Positions 43,491 to 53,394 of a DNA stretch of 64,000 bases are shown here, one piece after another; the first letter of the stretch is position 1, and every line of letters begins with the position of its first letter. The translations under genes were made by a program, and so were the position numbers. Source of the stretch: an uncultured Acidobacteriota bacterium (lineage in GTDB: Bacteria; Acidobacteriota; Thermoanaerobaculia; UBA5066); the NCBI GenBank assembly GCA_963779415.1, contig CAVZYA010000002.1, forward strand, positions 672,001 to 736,000. The letters are read 5' to 3'. The notes under the pieces are model-generated. The model ran no database searches. It was not told where the DNA came from and was given only the letters and a program-made list of their open reading frames with translations.

Positions 43491-45047
43491 CTACTTGTTG
43501 AGGAGTTTCTCAGAAATCGACTTGGCCTGGAGGAAGAGGCCGAGGTAGTCGCGCCCGCCGGCTTTGCTGTCGGTTCCGGACATGTTGAAGCCGCCGAAGG
43601 GGTGGACGCCGACGAGCGCCCCGGTGCACTTCCGGTTGATGTAGAGATTTCCGCAGAAGAGACGGCGCTTCGCCTCCGCGATCCGGTACCGGTCGCGCCC
43701 GAAGTAAGACCCCGTCAGGCCGTATTCGCTCTCGTTCGCGAGCCGGATCGCGTGGTCGAAATCGCGCGCCTCGGTGATCGCAAGGACAGGCCCGAAGATC
43801 TCCTCCCGGAAGATCCGGTGCGTGGCCTTGACGTCGTAGAAGACGGTCGGCGCGACGAAGTGGCCGGTCTTCCCGCTCCAGGTCCCTCCAGCACCCAATT
43901 TGGCTTCGCGCCGGCCGATCCGGATGTAATCCGAGACCGTCTTGAGCTGCCGCGCGGAGGCGACGGGACCGACGTTCGTCTTCGGGTCGCGCGAGGGGCC
44001 GAGAACGAGCTTCTTCGTCCGGGCGACGACCGCATCGACGAAGCGCCGGTAGAGCCGCCGGTGGACGATGGCGCGCGAGCAGGCCGAGCATTTCTGCCCC
44101 TGGAAGCCGAATGCCGACGCCACGACCTGCGCCACGGCGAAATCGAAATCGGCGTCCTCGTCGACGACGATGAAGTCCTTTCCCCCCATCTCCAGGATCG
44201 TCCGCTTGATGAAGATCTGGCCCGGCGCTTGCTGGGCGGCCTTCTGGCTGATCCGGAGGCCCACTTCCTTCGAGCCCGTGAAGGCGATGAAGCGGGTGAG
44301 AGGATGCTCGACGATGACGTCGCCGATCTCGGCTCCCGAACCGGGGAGGTAGTTGAGGACCCCCGCGGGAGCGCCCGCCTCCTCGAGGAGCGTGAAGACC
44401 TTCCACGCGACGAGCGGCGTGTCCGAGGCGGGCTTGAGGACGACGGAGTTTCCCGACACGACCGCGGCGGTCGTCATCCCCGTCAGGATCGCGATGGGGA
44501 AGTTCCACGGCGGGATGACGGCGCCCGTCCCGAGCGGGACGTAGAGGGTCTCCGGGTACTCGCCCCGGTAGGGCGTGACAGGGATCTCGCCGCCCCAGCG
44601 GAGGATCTCCCGCGCGTAGAACTCGAGGAAGTCGATCGCCTCGGCCGTCTCGACGTCGGCCTCCGGCCACGTCTTGCCGATCTCGAGAACCATCGTCGCG
44701 GAGAACTCGTGCTTGCGCTCGCGCATTCTCGCGGCGGCGCGCAGGAGGACGCTCGCCCGTTCGCGCGGCGGGAGGGCGGCCCATGCCGCCTGGGCGCGGA
44801 CGCCCGCCTCGATCGCCCGGACGGCCGTGGTGCGGTCGGCGAGGTGGTGGCGGGAAAGGACCTGCGCGTGGTCGGACGGGTTCGTGTTGTCGAGGAGCGA
44901 CCGGCCGCGCACGCGGCGTCCCGCGACGACGACGGGAATCTCGGCTCCCGCCGCCCGCTCGACACGGGCGAGGGCGGCCTCGAAAAAGGAACGGTTTTCG
45001 GCGCTGCTGAAATCGGTAAAGGGCTCGTTGCGAAAGTCTTCAAGCAT
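43491..45047 (-). CDS. pruA: 1-pyrroline-5-carboxylate (glutamate semialdehyde) dehydrogenase
   Basis: FRNEP, PPWNFP, FTGS.EVG, EMGGK, GFQGQKCSACSR and PFGGFNMSGT motifs. Confidence 0.92.
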   Translation of the reverse strand: MLEDFRNEPFTDFSSAENRSFFEAALARVERAAGAEIPVVVAGRRVRGRSLLDNTNPSDHAQVLSRHHLADRTTAVRAIEAGVRAQAAWAALPPRERASVLLRAAARMRERKHEFSATMVLEIGKTWPEADVETAEAIDFLEFYAREILRWGGEIPVTPYRGEYPETLYVPLGTGAVIPPWNFPIAILTGMTTAAVVSGNSVVLKPASDTPLVAWKVFTLLEEAGAPAGVLNYLPGSGAEIGDVIVEHPLTRFIAFTGSKEVGLRISQKAAQQAPGQIFIKRTILEMGGKDFIVVDEDADFDFAVAQVVASAFGFQGQKCSACSRAIVHRRLYRRFVDAVVARTKKLVLGPSRDPKTNVGPVASARQLKTVSDYIRIGRREAKLGAGGTWSGKTGHFVAPTVFYDVKATHRIFREEIFGPVLAITEARDFDHAIRLANESEYGLTGSYFGRDRYRIAEAKRRLFCGNLYINRKCTGALVGVHPFGGFNMSGTDSKAGGRDYLGLFLQAKSISEKLLNK

Positions 45048-45151
45048 GGCCGCTTATCATAGCTCTGTTCGCCAATATTGATTTTTGGTGAATTTTCTGT
45101 TGGTATGGCGTCGCTCGGGCGGGTCCTCGTCCGAGGGAAAGGGTGATCAAG

Positions 45152-45703
45152 ATGGCGGAGCAACCGGAGAAGGTCCGTGAGTTCGTGACGGATCTCCTGA
45201 AGAAGAACAAAGCGCTGACGGAGCGCGAAGTGAAGTCGAAGATCGGCAAGGCTTTCAAGCTGAATCCGAAAAGCATAAGCGCCGGCGTGATCCGCGAGGT
45301 GCGAGCCGCGCTCGGAATCGACCGGCCGGGCGCCCTCGCCTTTGCACGGAAGATGCTGACCGAGAAGCCGACGCTCGAGGCGAAGAAGGTGATCGGGGCG
45401 ATCGCCGCGAAGTTCGGCATTCGTCTCGGTCCTCCGGACGTCTCCCGGCTCCGGCCACGCCGGGCCGGCGCCGCGCCGGCGCCGCGCCGCGGGCGTCCCC
45501 CGAAGGCGGCAAAGCGCGCTGCGGGCCGGCTGCCGAAGGCCGCGAAGCGCAGGCGGGGCCGGCCGCCGAAGGCGGCAGCCGCAGCCGTCGCGCGGAGCGT
45601 CCGCGCCCTCCCTGCCAAGCGGGGCGGAGCCATCACGGTGACCTACCAGGGGACCGGCTCGCCGGAGGCGCTGGCGGCCTTCTTCCGCTCGCTCTCCTCG
45701 TAG
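45152..45703 (+). CDS. Basic hypothetical protein with AT-hook-like motifs
   Basis: Lys/Arg/Ala-rich; RRGRPPK twice plus AGRLPK. Confidence 0.7.
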   Translation: MAEQPEKVREFVTDLLKKNKALTEREVKSKIGKAFKLNPKSISAGVIREVRAALGIDRPGALAFARKMLTEKPTLEAKKVIGAIAAKFGIRLGPPDVSRLRPRRAGAAPAPRRGRPPKAAKRAAGRLPKAAKRRRGRPPKAAAAAVARSVRALPAKRGGAITVTYQGTGSPEALAAFFRSLSS

Positions 45704-45712
45704 AACGGCGGA

Positions 45713-45741
45713 TTGACGGGGTCTGGCGGGACACCCATAAT
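45713..45741 (+). promoter_or_regulatory. Sigma70 promoter of tRNA-Gln
   Basis: TTGACG-N17-CATAAT followed by a GC-rich discriminator. Confidence 0.75.
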
Positions 45742-45762
45742 CCCGCCTCCCTGAAGGCCCGC

Positions 45763-45836
45763 TGGGGGGTCGTCCAACGGTAGGACTCCAGACTCTGGAT
45801 CTGGCTATCGGGGTTCGAATCCCTGCCCCCCAGCCA
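45763..45836 (+). tRNA. tRNA-Gln(CTG)
   Basis: CCAGA-CTCTGGA-TCTGG anticodon arm, U1-A72 pair, GTTCGAATC, encoded CCA. Confidence 0.96.
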
Positions 45837-45952
45837 GTTTTCGCCGGCGTAGCCGGCGAGCGCGCTTTCAGCGCGCGGAAAACTGGCTTGTAACATGGTC
45901 TCAGGGAACCCGCGCCCGGGTTCCCCGAACCCTTCCACGGCCCAAAGACCCC

Positions 45953-46345
45953 TTAGCGAATCGTGCGGTCCAATCCTGTCCTTCTAAGAAGTCTCTCTCC
46001 GAAAACTACGGCGAGGGCGACGCCGGCCGTGTCGGCGGCGACGTCCCCGATCTCGACGCTCCGCATGGGGACCCAGGACTGATGGATTTCGTCGAGGCAT
46101 CCCCAGAGGACGGCGGAGAGAATCAGGAAGAGAGCCGTCTTGCCGCGGCTCCAGCGCTCGCCGAATCGGGCGGCGCGCACGGCCGCAAGGCCGGTCAGGA
46201 AGAAGAAGCCCGCATGCTCGATCTTGTCGAGGCCGGAGAACGTGAAACCGATTTCCGGGAGCCGGGATTGCGACGAGAGATAGACCTCGAAGCCGAGAAG
46301 GAGAGCGACCGGCGCCCAGAGGAGAAATCGGGCCCTTCCGCTCAC
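45953..46345 (-). CDS. VanZ family membrane protein
   Basis: [19 protein letters not shown] and D..AD..G motifs; GTGA overlap with glnS. Confidence 0.85.
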   Translation of the reverse strand: MSGRARFLLWAPVALLLGFEVYLSSQSRLPEIGFTFSGLDKIEHAGFFFLTGLAAVRAARFGERWSRGKTALFLILSAVLWGCLDEIHQSWVPMRSVEIGDVAADTAGVALAVVFGERLLRRTGLDRTIR

Positions 46346-48060
46346 GCTCCCACGCGGCTCCTCTTTTCGATCCGGGCCCACGTGTCGCGCAGCGAGACGG
46401 AGCGGTTGAAGACGAGAGCGCCCGACGCGGCGTCCGGATCGACGGTGAAGTAGCCGAGCCGCTCGAGCTGGAAGAACTCGAGAGACTTTCTTCGGGCGAG
46501 GGCGGGCTCCACGCGGCAGTCTTGCTTCACGACGAGCGAGTCGGGATTGAGGTTGGAAAGGAAGGTCTTCCCCTCGGGCGCTTCGTCGGGGTCCGCGTTG
46601 ACAAAGAGCCGATCGTAGAGACGAACCTCGGCCGGGAGGGACCCGGCCGCCGAGACCCAGTGGATCGTCCCCTTGACCTTCCGTCCCGGCGCCTCGCCGC
46701 CGCGCGTGGCGGGGTCGTACGAGGCGCGAAGCTCCACGACCGCGCCGGTCGCGGCGTCCTTCACGACCTCCTCGCACCGTATGATGTAGCCCCAGCGGAG
46801 GCGAACTTCCGTCCCGGGCGAAAGCCGGTGGTACTTGGGAGGAGGCACCTCGCGGAAGTCGTCCCGCTCGATCAGTATCTCGCGCGAGAACGGGACCTTG
46901 CGCGTTCCGGCCGCGGGGTCCTCCGGGTTGTTCACCGCGTCGAGCTCCTCGACGCGCCCTTCCGGGAAATTGGTGATGACGACGCGGAGCGGGTCGAGGA
47001 CCCCCATGAAGCGCGGCGCGCGCCGGTTCAGGTCCTCGCGCAGGCAGTGCTCGAGAAGGGCGACGTCCACGACGCTGTCCCGCTTGGCGAGGCCGATCCG
47101 GTCGCAGAAATCGCGAATCGCCTCCGGGGTGAAGCCGCGGCGGCGCAGGCCCGCGATCGTCGGCATCCGGGGATCGTCCCAGCCCCGGACGTGGCCTCCC
47201 GTCACGAGGTGGAGGAGCTTGCGCTTGGAGAGGAGCGTGTAGGTGAGGTTCAGACGGGCGAACTCGATCTGCCGGGGACGGTTCGGGAGGTCGAGTGCCT
47301 CGAGGCACCAGTCGTAGAGCGGCCGGTGATCCTCGAACTCCAGCGTGCAGAGCGAGTGCGTGATCCCCTCGATCCAGTCGGAGATCGCGTGTGCGTAGTC
47401 GTACATCGGGTAGAGGCACCAGGCATCGCCCGTCCGGTGGTGCGTCGCCTTCCGGATCCGGAAGAGCGCCGGGTCGCGCAGGTTGATGTTGGGCGAGGCC
47501 ATGTCGATCTTCGCCCGGAGCGTCCGCGAGCCGTCCGGAAACTCTCCGGCGCGCATCCGGCGGAAGAGGTCGAGGCTCTCCTCGGCGGACCGGCCACGGT
47601 ACGGGCTGTTCTTTCCCGGCTCCGTCAGCGTTCCACGGGTCTTCCGGACCTCCTCGGCCGAGAGGTCGCAGACGAAGGCTCTTCCGGTCCGGATCAGCGC
47701 CTCCCCGAACTCGTAGAGCCTCTCGAAGTAATCCGAGGCGTAGAAGATCCGATTCTCCCAATCGAAGCCGAGCCAGTGAACGTCTTCCTGGATCGAGTCG
47801 ACGTACTCGACGTCCTCCTTGAGGGGGTTTGTGTCGTCGAAGCGGAGATTGCAGGTGCCGTGATACTCGAGGGCGACGCCGAAGTTGAGACAGATCGACT
47901 TCGCGTGGCCGATGTGGAGGTAGCCGTTCGGCTCGGGGGGGAAGCGGGTCGCCACCTTGCCTGCGTGCTTTCCGGTCCGCTGATCCTCGTCGATGATCTC
48001 GCGGATGAAGTCGCGGGGCGTCGATCCGGGTGCGGGGGGAGGAGGGGAGGCGTCGGGCAT
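46342..48060 (-). CDS. glnS: Glutamine-tRNA ligase
   Basis: [29 protein letters not shown] and FQLERLGYF motifs. Confidence 0.97.
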   Translation of the reverse strand: MPDASPPPPAPGSTPRDFIREIIDEDQRTGKHAGKVATRFPPEPNGYLHIGHAKSICLNFGVALEYHGTCNLRFDDTNPLKEDVEYVDSIQEDVHWLGFDWENRIFYASDYFERLYEFGEALIRTGRAFVCDLSAEEVRKTRGTLTEPGKNSPYRGRSAEESLDLFRRMRAGEFPDGSRTLRAKIDMASPNINLRDPALFRIRKATHHRTGDAWCLYPMYDYAHAISDWIEGITHSLCTLEFEDHRPLYDWCLEALDLPNRPRQIEFARLNLTYTLLSKRKLLHLVTGGHVRGWDDPRMPTIAGLRRRGFTPEAIRDFCDRIGLAKRDSVVDVALLEHCLREDLNRRAPRFMGVLDPLRVVITNFPEGRVEELDAVNNPEDPAAGTRKVPFSREILIERDDFREVPPPKYHRLSPGTEVRLRWGYIIRCEEVVKDAATGAVVELRASYDPATRGGEAPGRKVKGTIHWVSAAGSLPAEVRLYDRLFVNADPDEAPEGKTFLSNLNPDSLVVKQDCRVEPALARRKSLEFFQLERLGYFTVDPDAASGALVFNRSVSLRDTWARIEKRSRVGA

Positions 48061-48069
48061 GGATCTCCT

Positions 48070-49491
48070 TCAGGAAGCCGTGGGGACGGGAGCGATCCGG
48101 TCGGCGAAGGCGAGCGCCCGGCGGCGGAACGTCTCCCGTCCGAGAACCTCGACCAGCTCGAAGAGCGGCGGAGAAGCGAGCGACCCGGTTAGGGCGAGAC
48201 GCGCCGGCTGCGCCAGGTCGCCCAGCTTGAGACTTCTTTCGGCGGCGAGGAGGCGCGCGGCCTCCTCGAGCGCGACATGCTCGAACGGCTCGACGGCGAG
48301 AAGCCGGTCGGCGAGTGCGCGCAGGTTCTCCGCCGCGGCTCTCGTCCCGAACTTCGAAAGGCCGGCGGGGTCGAACGCCGCGGGGTCCGCGCCGTAGAGG
48401 GCGAGCGCGCTCGAGAGCTCGCGGAGGGTCCGGGCCCGCGACCGGTGGAGCGCTACGGCGCGGTCGAGCGTCGTCGGATCGCAGGCCGGAAGTCCGAACG
48501 GGGCGAGCCGCGCGAGAAGCGCGTCCGCCGGCAGCCCCTGCAGGTACTGGCCGTTCAGCCAGAGGAGCTTCTCGTGATCGAAGCGCGACGGGGAAGGGCC
48601 GATCCGCTCGAGCGAGAAGGCGGAGACCATCTCGTCGATCGTCATCTTCTCCCGGTCCTCCCCTGGCGACCATCCGAGGAGGGCGAGGAAGTTGAAGAGC
48701 GCCTCCGGGAGGAAACCCTGTTCGCGGAACTCCTCCACACCCGCCGCCCCATGCCGCTTCGAAAGCTTTTTCCCGTCCGGCCCGAGGATCATCCCGAGGT
48801 GGGCGAAGACCGGGACCGGGGCGCCCAGCGCGCGAAAGAGCGCGACGTGCTTCGGCGTGTTCGGAAGATGGTCGACGCCGCGGACGACGTGGGTGATCCG
48901 CATCGCCACGTCGTCCACGACGACGCTGAAGTGGTAGAGGGGGCGCCCGTCGGAGCGGAGAAGGACGAAGTCGTCGAGGACGCCGGGCGGGAATTCGGCC
49001 CGCCCCTGGACGATGTCGTCCACGACGATGGGGTCGTCCGGCATCTTCAGCCGGACGACGAACTTCTCCCCGGCGGCGGCGCGGCGGCCCGACTCTTCCC
49101 TCGGGATCGCCCGTGCGGCGCCCGAGTAGCGGAAGGCCGAGCCCGAGGCCTCGGCAGCCTTCTTTCCGGTCTCCAGCTCCTCGGGCGTCTCGAAGGCGCG
49201 GTACGCCTTTCCCTCGGCGAGCAGACGCTCCGCCGCCTCGACGTAGAGGCCGTGCCGCTCGCTCTGAAAAAGAGGTCCTTCATCCCACGTCAGGCCGAGC
49301 CATGACATCGCTTCCTGGATCTGCTGCGTCAGCTCGGGCCGGCTCCGCGAGGCGTCCGTGTCCTCGATCCGGAGGATGAAGGTCCCGCCGTGCCGTCGGG
49401 CGAAGAGCCAGTTGTAGAGCGCCGTCCGCGCCCCGCCGACGTGGAGCGAGCCCGTGGGGGAGGGCGCGAAGCGGACGCGGGGAGCCGCCAT
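48070..49491 (-). CDS. gltX: Glutamate-tRNA ligase
   Basis: RFAPSPTG.LHVGGAR, LRIEDTD and KLSKRHG motifs. Confidence 0.97.
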   Translation of the reverse strand: MAAPRVRFAPSPTGSLHVGGARTALYNWLFARRHGGTFILRIEDTDASRSRPELTQQIQEAMSWLGLTWDEGPLFQSERHGLYVEAAERLLAEGKAYRAFETPEELETGKKAAEASGSAFRYSGAARAIPREESGRRAAAGEKFVVRLKMPDDPIVVDDIVQGRAEFPPGVLDDFVLLRSDGRPLYHFSVVVDDVAMRITHVVRGVDHLPNTPKHVALFRALGAPVPVFAHLGMILGPDGKKLSKRHGAAGVEEFREQGFLPEALFNFLALLGWSPGEDREKMTIDEMVSAFSLERIGPSPSRFDHEKLLWLNGQYLQGLPADALLARLAPFGLPACDPTTLDRAVALHRSRARTLRELSSALALYGADPAAFDPAGLSKFGTRAAAENLRALADRLLAVEPFEHVALEEAARLLAAERSLKLGDLAQPARLALTGSLASPPLFELVEVLGRETFRRRALAFADRIAPVPTAS

Positions 49492-49532
49492 GGCCGCGGG
49501 ATGTTACGGCATCCCCGTATCATCGCCGCCCC

Positions 49533-50447
49533 ATGACGCCCCCGCCCTCGCGCCGTGAAGCGCTCCGCGCCGATGCCGTTCTCGTCGGCGTCACGGTGAT
49601 CTGGGGATCCACCTTCGTCGCCAACCGGCTCGTCGTCACCGGAGAGATGCCGCCGCTTCTCTTTCTCCTGCTCCGATTCACCCTCGCGGGCGTCGTTCTC
49701 TTCCTCCTCGCGCGCGGCCGGCCGCGGACGCCGGGCCTCTGGGCCGACAGTCTCGCCGTGGGCGGGCTGACGGCCGTCGGCATCGCCTTTCAGCTGGCCG
49801 GGCAGGTCTACACGACCGCCTCGAAGGCGGCCTTCATCACGGGGCTCTCGGTGCCGCTCACCGCGCCGGTGGCGTATCTCGTCACGAGGAGGCGGCCTTC
49901 CTCGGAGAACCTCGCGGGACTGGCGATCGCCACGGCGGGATTCGGCGTCATGGCCTGGCCCCGGGAGGTCTCGGGGATCAACAGCGGCGACCTCCTCGTT
50001 CTCGTCACGGCCCTGGCCTATGCCTACGTCGTCGTCCGGCTCTCGGAGTCGAGCGGGCGGCACGACGTGAGGCGCTTCGCGGCGGGACAGATCGCCTTCG
50101 CGGCGGCGACGACCCTCCTTCTCCGGCTCGCCGTGCAGCCGTTTCTCGGGCGGCCCGAGTCCGTCTTTCGCGCGGAAGCGCGTCCGCTCGTGATCGACCC
50201 GAAGCTCGTCGGGCTTCTTCTCTGGATGGCGCTCGCCGCCACCGTCGTCACGTTCCTCCTGATGACCTGGGCGCAGGCACGGATGTCGGCCACGCACGCG
50301 GCCGTGATCTACGCCCTCGAGCCGGTCTTCGCGGCGCTTCTCGCGGCACCGATTCTCGGCGAGCGGCTTTCGGGACGCGAACTCTGGGGCGGCGGTCTCG
50401 TCCTCGCCGGGATCCTCGTCTCGGAGCTGCCTCTCTCGAGGAAGTAG
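49533..50447 (+). CDS. DMT/EamA family transporter
   Basis: IWGSTF, about ten TM segments, LEPVFA..A..LGE. Confidence 0.9.
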   Translation: MTPPPSRREALRADAVLVGVTVIWGSTFVANRLVVTGEMPPLLFLLLRFTLAGVVLFLLARGRPRTPGLWADSLAVGGLTAVGIAFQLAGQVYTTASKAAFITGLSVPLTAPVAYLVTRRRPSSENLAGLAIATAGFGVMAWPREVSGINSGDLLVLVTALAYAYVVVRLSESSGRHDVRRFAAGQIAFAAATTLLLRLAVQPFLGRPESVFRAEARPLVIDPKLVGLLLWMALAATVVTFLLMTWAQARMSATHAAVIYALEPVFAALLAAPILGERLSGRELWGGGLVLAGILVSELPLSRK

Positions 50448-50450
50448 CCG

Positions 50451-51785
50451 CTACGGGAGGCCGAAGGTCAGCGTGTAGCCGTATCCGCCCCGGACGACGA
50501 CCATCACGAGGCTGTTTCGCCCGAAGCCGCCCTCGATGGCGCGGGAGAGGTCGTCGAGATTTCCGATCCGCTGGTTGTGGACGCTGTAGATCCGGTCGCC
50601 GCGCTCGATCCCCTTCCGGTCGGCGGGGGAGTTCACGGCGACGCCGGTAATGACGGCGCCGGAGCGGTCCTCGCGGACCGAGAGTCCGATCTCGCGGCGG
50701 AGAAGCGTCAGGCCGAGATCCCTCGGGGCGCGCGCCGTCGTGACGTGCACGGTCCGTTCGCGGCCGTCCCGCAGGAGCTCGACCGTGAGGCTCTTGCCGG
50801 GACCGAGAGAGGTGATCGCCGTGTCGAAGTCCTCGCGCGAGTCGACCCGCCGTCCGTTCGCCGAGACGACGACGTCGCCTTCGGAGACGCCGGCCTCGTC
50901 GGCAGGGGATCCGGGCCAGACCGACTTGACACGGAGCCCCTTCCCGCGGGCCGAGGGGCGGTCCTCGTCCACGATGGTCGTCCCGCGGACGCCGATCCAG
51001 ACCGGCTTGACCTCGCCGAAGGAGAGGAGCTCGCCGGTGATCCGACGGGCGCGCTCCACCGGGATCGCGAAGCCGATCGTGTTCGCCCCCCCGACGATGG
51101 CGGTGTTGATTCCGATGAGCTCTCCGAGGATGTTGGCGAGCGCCCCGCCGGAGTTTCCCGGATTGATGGCGGCGTCGGTCTGGATGAAGTCCGTGTAGGT
51201 CCGCCCCGCCTCCCCGCGAACGGTCCGCTGGACGGCCGAGACGATGCCGGTCGTGACGCTGTTCGCGAGGCCGAACGGGTTTCCGACGGCGATGACCGTT
51301 TCCCCGATCATCAGATCCGACGTCCTTCCCAGTCGTGCAGCCTTCAGCCCTTTCGCGTTCACGGAGAGGACGGCGAGATCGTTGTCGGCGTCCGCTCCCT
51401 TCACCTCCGCCTCGTACTCCTTCCCGTCCGCGGTCGTCACGACGATTCGCGAGGCCCCCTGGACGACGTGGTCGTTCGTGACGACGACGCCGTCCGGATC
51501 GATCACGACGCCCGAGCCGAGCGACTCGGTCCTCATGCCGCGTTCGCGGCGGTTCGGAAAGCCGAACGAAAAGAACTGCTCGAGCGGATCGGCGCGTCGG
51601 CGGACGATCCGTTCGGCGGAAATGTTCACGACGGCGGGGCCGATCTTCTCGACCGCCGCCACGACGGGCGTCCGCCGGGCCTCTGCCGGCGACGGGACCG
51701 GGGCCCCGGTCTGTGGCGGCGCGGCCGTCCCGGAGAGCGCCAGGGGGAGCAGAATGAGGGCCGGAGCGATGCGTTGAAACGACAT
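50451..51785 (-). CDS. HtrA/DegP-family serine protease with two PDZ domains
   Basis: Signal peptide, GSGV, TNDHV, IQTDAAINPGNSGG, two SPAD PDZ motifs. Confidence 0.93.
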   Translation of the reverse strand: MSFQRIAPALILLPLALSGTAAPPQTGAPVPSPAEARRTPVVAAVEKIGPAVVNISAERIVRRRADPLEQFFSFGFPNRRERGMRTESLGSGVVIDPDGVVVTNDHVVQGASRIVVTTADGKEYEAEVKGADADNDLAVLSVNAKGLKAARLGRTSDLMIGETVIAVGNPFGLANSVTTGIVSAVQRTVRGEAGRTYTDFIQTDAAINPGNSGGALANILGELIGINTAIVGGANTIGFAIPVERARRITGELLSFGEVKPVWIGVRGTTIVDEDRPSARGKGLRVKSVWPGSPADEAGVSEGDVVVSANGRRVDSREDFDTAITSLGPGKSLTVELLRDGRERTVHVTTARAPRDLGLTLLRREIGLSVREDRSGAVITGVAVNSPADRKGIERGDRIYSVHNQRIGNLDDLSRAIEGGFGRNSLVMVVVRGGYGYTLTFGLP

Positions 51786-51890
51786 CCGCGGAAAGTTCCT
51801 TCCCGGAGTGTAATCAGGGCGCCGGGTGGGGCAACGTGGCGCCCCCTCGGGTCCGTGTAGCAAAGGCCCTGCCTGGAATCGGAGGATCGG

Positions 51891-52853
51891 ATGCGAATTG
51901 CCGCCGACATCACGAAGCTCATCGGCAACACGCCGCTCGTCCGGCTGAACCGCGTGACCGCCGGGATCGCCCCCGGGGCGACGGTGGCCGCAAAACTGGA
52001 GTTCTTCAACCCGGCGCACTCGGTCAAGGACCGGATCGGGGTCGCGATGATCGAGGCGATGGAGAAGGCGGGGAAGATCGAGGCGCACAAGACCGTTCTC
52101 GTCGAGCCGACCTCCGGGAACACCGGGATCGGGCTCGCCTTCGCCGCGGCCGCAAAGGGATACCGCCTCGTTCTGACGATGCCCGAGACGATGTCGGTCG
52201 AACGCCGGAAGGTGCTCAAGCTCCTCGGCGCCGAGGTCGTCCTGACGCCGGGCCCGCTCGGGATGAAGGGGGCCATCGCGAAGGCGAACGAGATCGTCGC
52301 GGAGCACGGGCCGAATGCGGTCATTCCGCAGCAGTTCGAGAACCCGGCGAACCCGGCCATCCACGAAGCGACGACGGCGGTCGAGCTCTGGAAGGACACC
52401 GACGGCAGCATGGACATTTTCGTGGTCGGCGTCGGGACGGGCGGGACGCTCACGGGCGTCGGACGGTACTGGAAGCCGAAACGCCCCGGCCTGAAGATCG
52501 TGGCCGTCGAGCCGACGAATTCGGCCGTCCTCTCCGGCGGCGCTCCCGGCCCGCACAAGATCCAGGGACTCGGCGCCGGCTTCATCCCGGCGAACCTCGA
52601 GGTCCGGTTCATGGACGAGGTCTTCCAGGTCTCGAACGAACAGGCCTTCGCGATGGCGCGCCGGCTGCCGCGGGAGGAGGGAATCCTCGGAGGGATCTCC
52701 TCGGGCGCGGCGGCGTACGCGGCGGTCGAGATCGCCAGGCGCCCGACGAGCGCCGGGAAGCTGATCGTCTTCGTCGTGCCGTCGACGTCGGAACGCTACA
52801 TTTCGACCGACTTGTTCAAGGAAGACGAACTGACCGGAACAGCGACCATCTGA
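51891..52853 (+). CDS. cysK: Cysteine synthase A
   Basis: IGNTPLV, SVKDR, PTSGNTG, GVGTGGT and PHKIQG motifs. Confidence 0.96.
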   Translation: MRIAADITKLIGNTPLVRLNRVTAGIAPGATVAAKLEFFNPAHSVKDRIGVAMIEAMEKAGKIEAHKTVLVEPTSGNTGIGLAFAAAAKGYRLVLTMPETMSVERRKVLKLLGAEVVLTPGPLGMKGAIAKANEIVAEHGPNAVIPQQFENPANPAIHEATTAVELWKDTDGSMDIFVVGVGTGGTLTGVGRYWKPKRPGLKIVAVEPTNSAVLSGGAPGPHKIQGLGAGFIPANLEVRFMDEVFQVSNEQAFAMARRLPREEGILGGISSGAAAYAAVEIARRPTSAGKLIVFVVPSTSERYISTDLFKEDELTGTATI

Positions 52854-52859
52854 GCTTCG

Positions 52860-53342
52860 CTATTTCTTTTTCACCTCGAGCGCGGGCTTCGGCGCACCGG
52901 CCTCGATCCTGATCTGCTTCGGCTTGGTCTCCTCGCGCTTCGGAAGGTCGACGGTGAGAACGCCGCTCGAGAAGCTCGCGGCGATCTTGTCCCCCTGGAC
53001 GCCCGCGGGGATGGCGAAGGAGCGGACGAACTTCCCGTAGCTCCGCTCCACGCGGTGGTAGTTCTCGTCTCCGCTCTCCTTCTCGAACTTCCGCTCCCCC
53101 TCGATCGTCAGGACACCGTCCTCGAAGCGGAGGTTGATCTGCTTCTCGTCGAAGCCCGGGAGCTCGGCCTTGAGCGTGATCTTGTCCTTGGTCTCGTAGA
53201 TGTCGACGGGGGGAACCCACGTCCCGGTGAAGAGTTCCTCCTCGCTCCGTGTGCGGGTGAGGGTCCCCTCGAACATCCGGTTCATCCGGTCCTGAAGGGC
53301 GGCGAGTTCACGGAAGGGGTCGTTCCAGCGAATGATGGCCAT
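52860..53342 (-). CDS. Hsp20/alpha-crystallin small heat-shock protein
   Basis: WVPPVDIYET, ERSYGKF.RSF and GVL.V.LPK motifs. Confidence 0.95.
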   Translation of the reverse strand: MAIIRWNDPFRELAALQDRMNRMFEGTLTRTRSEEELFTGTWVPPVDIYETKDKITLKAELPGFDEKQINLRFEDGVLTIEGERKFEKESGDENYHRVERSYGKFVRSFAIPAGVQGDKIAASFSSGVLTVDLPKREETKPKQIRIEAGAPKPALEVKKK

Positions 53343-53394
53343 CGGGTCCTCCTGGATCTCCGCGCCATCGTCGGCGCGGGGTATGAAAGCGGTC

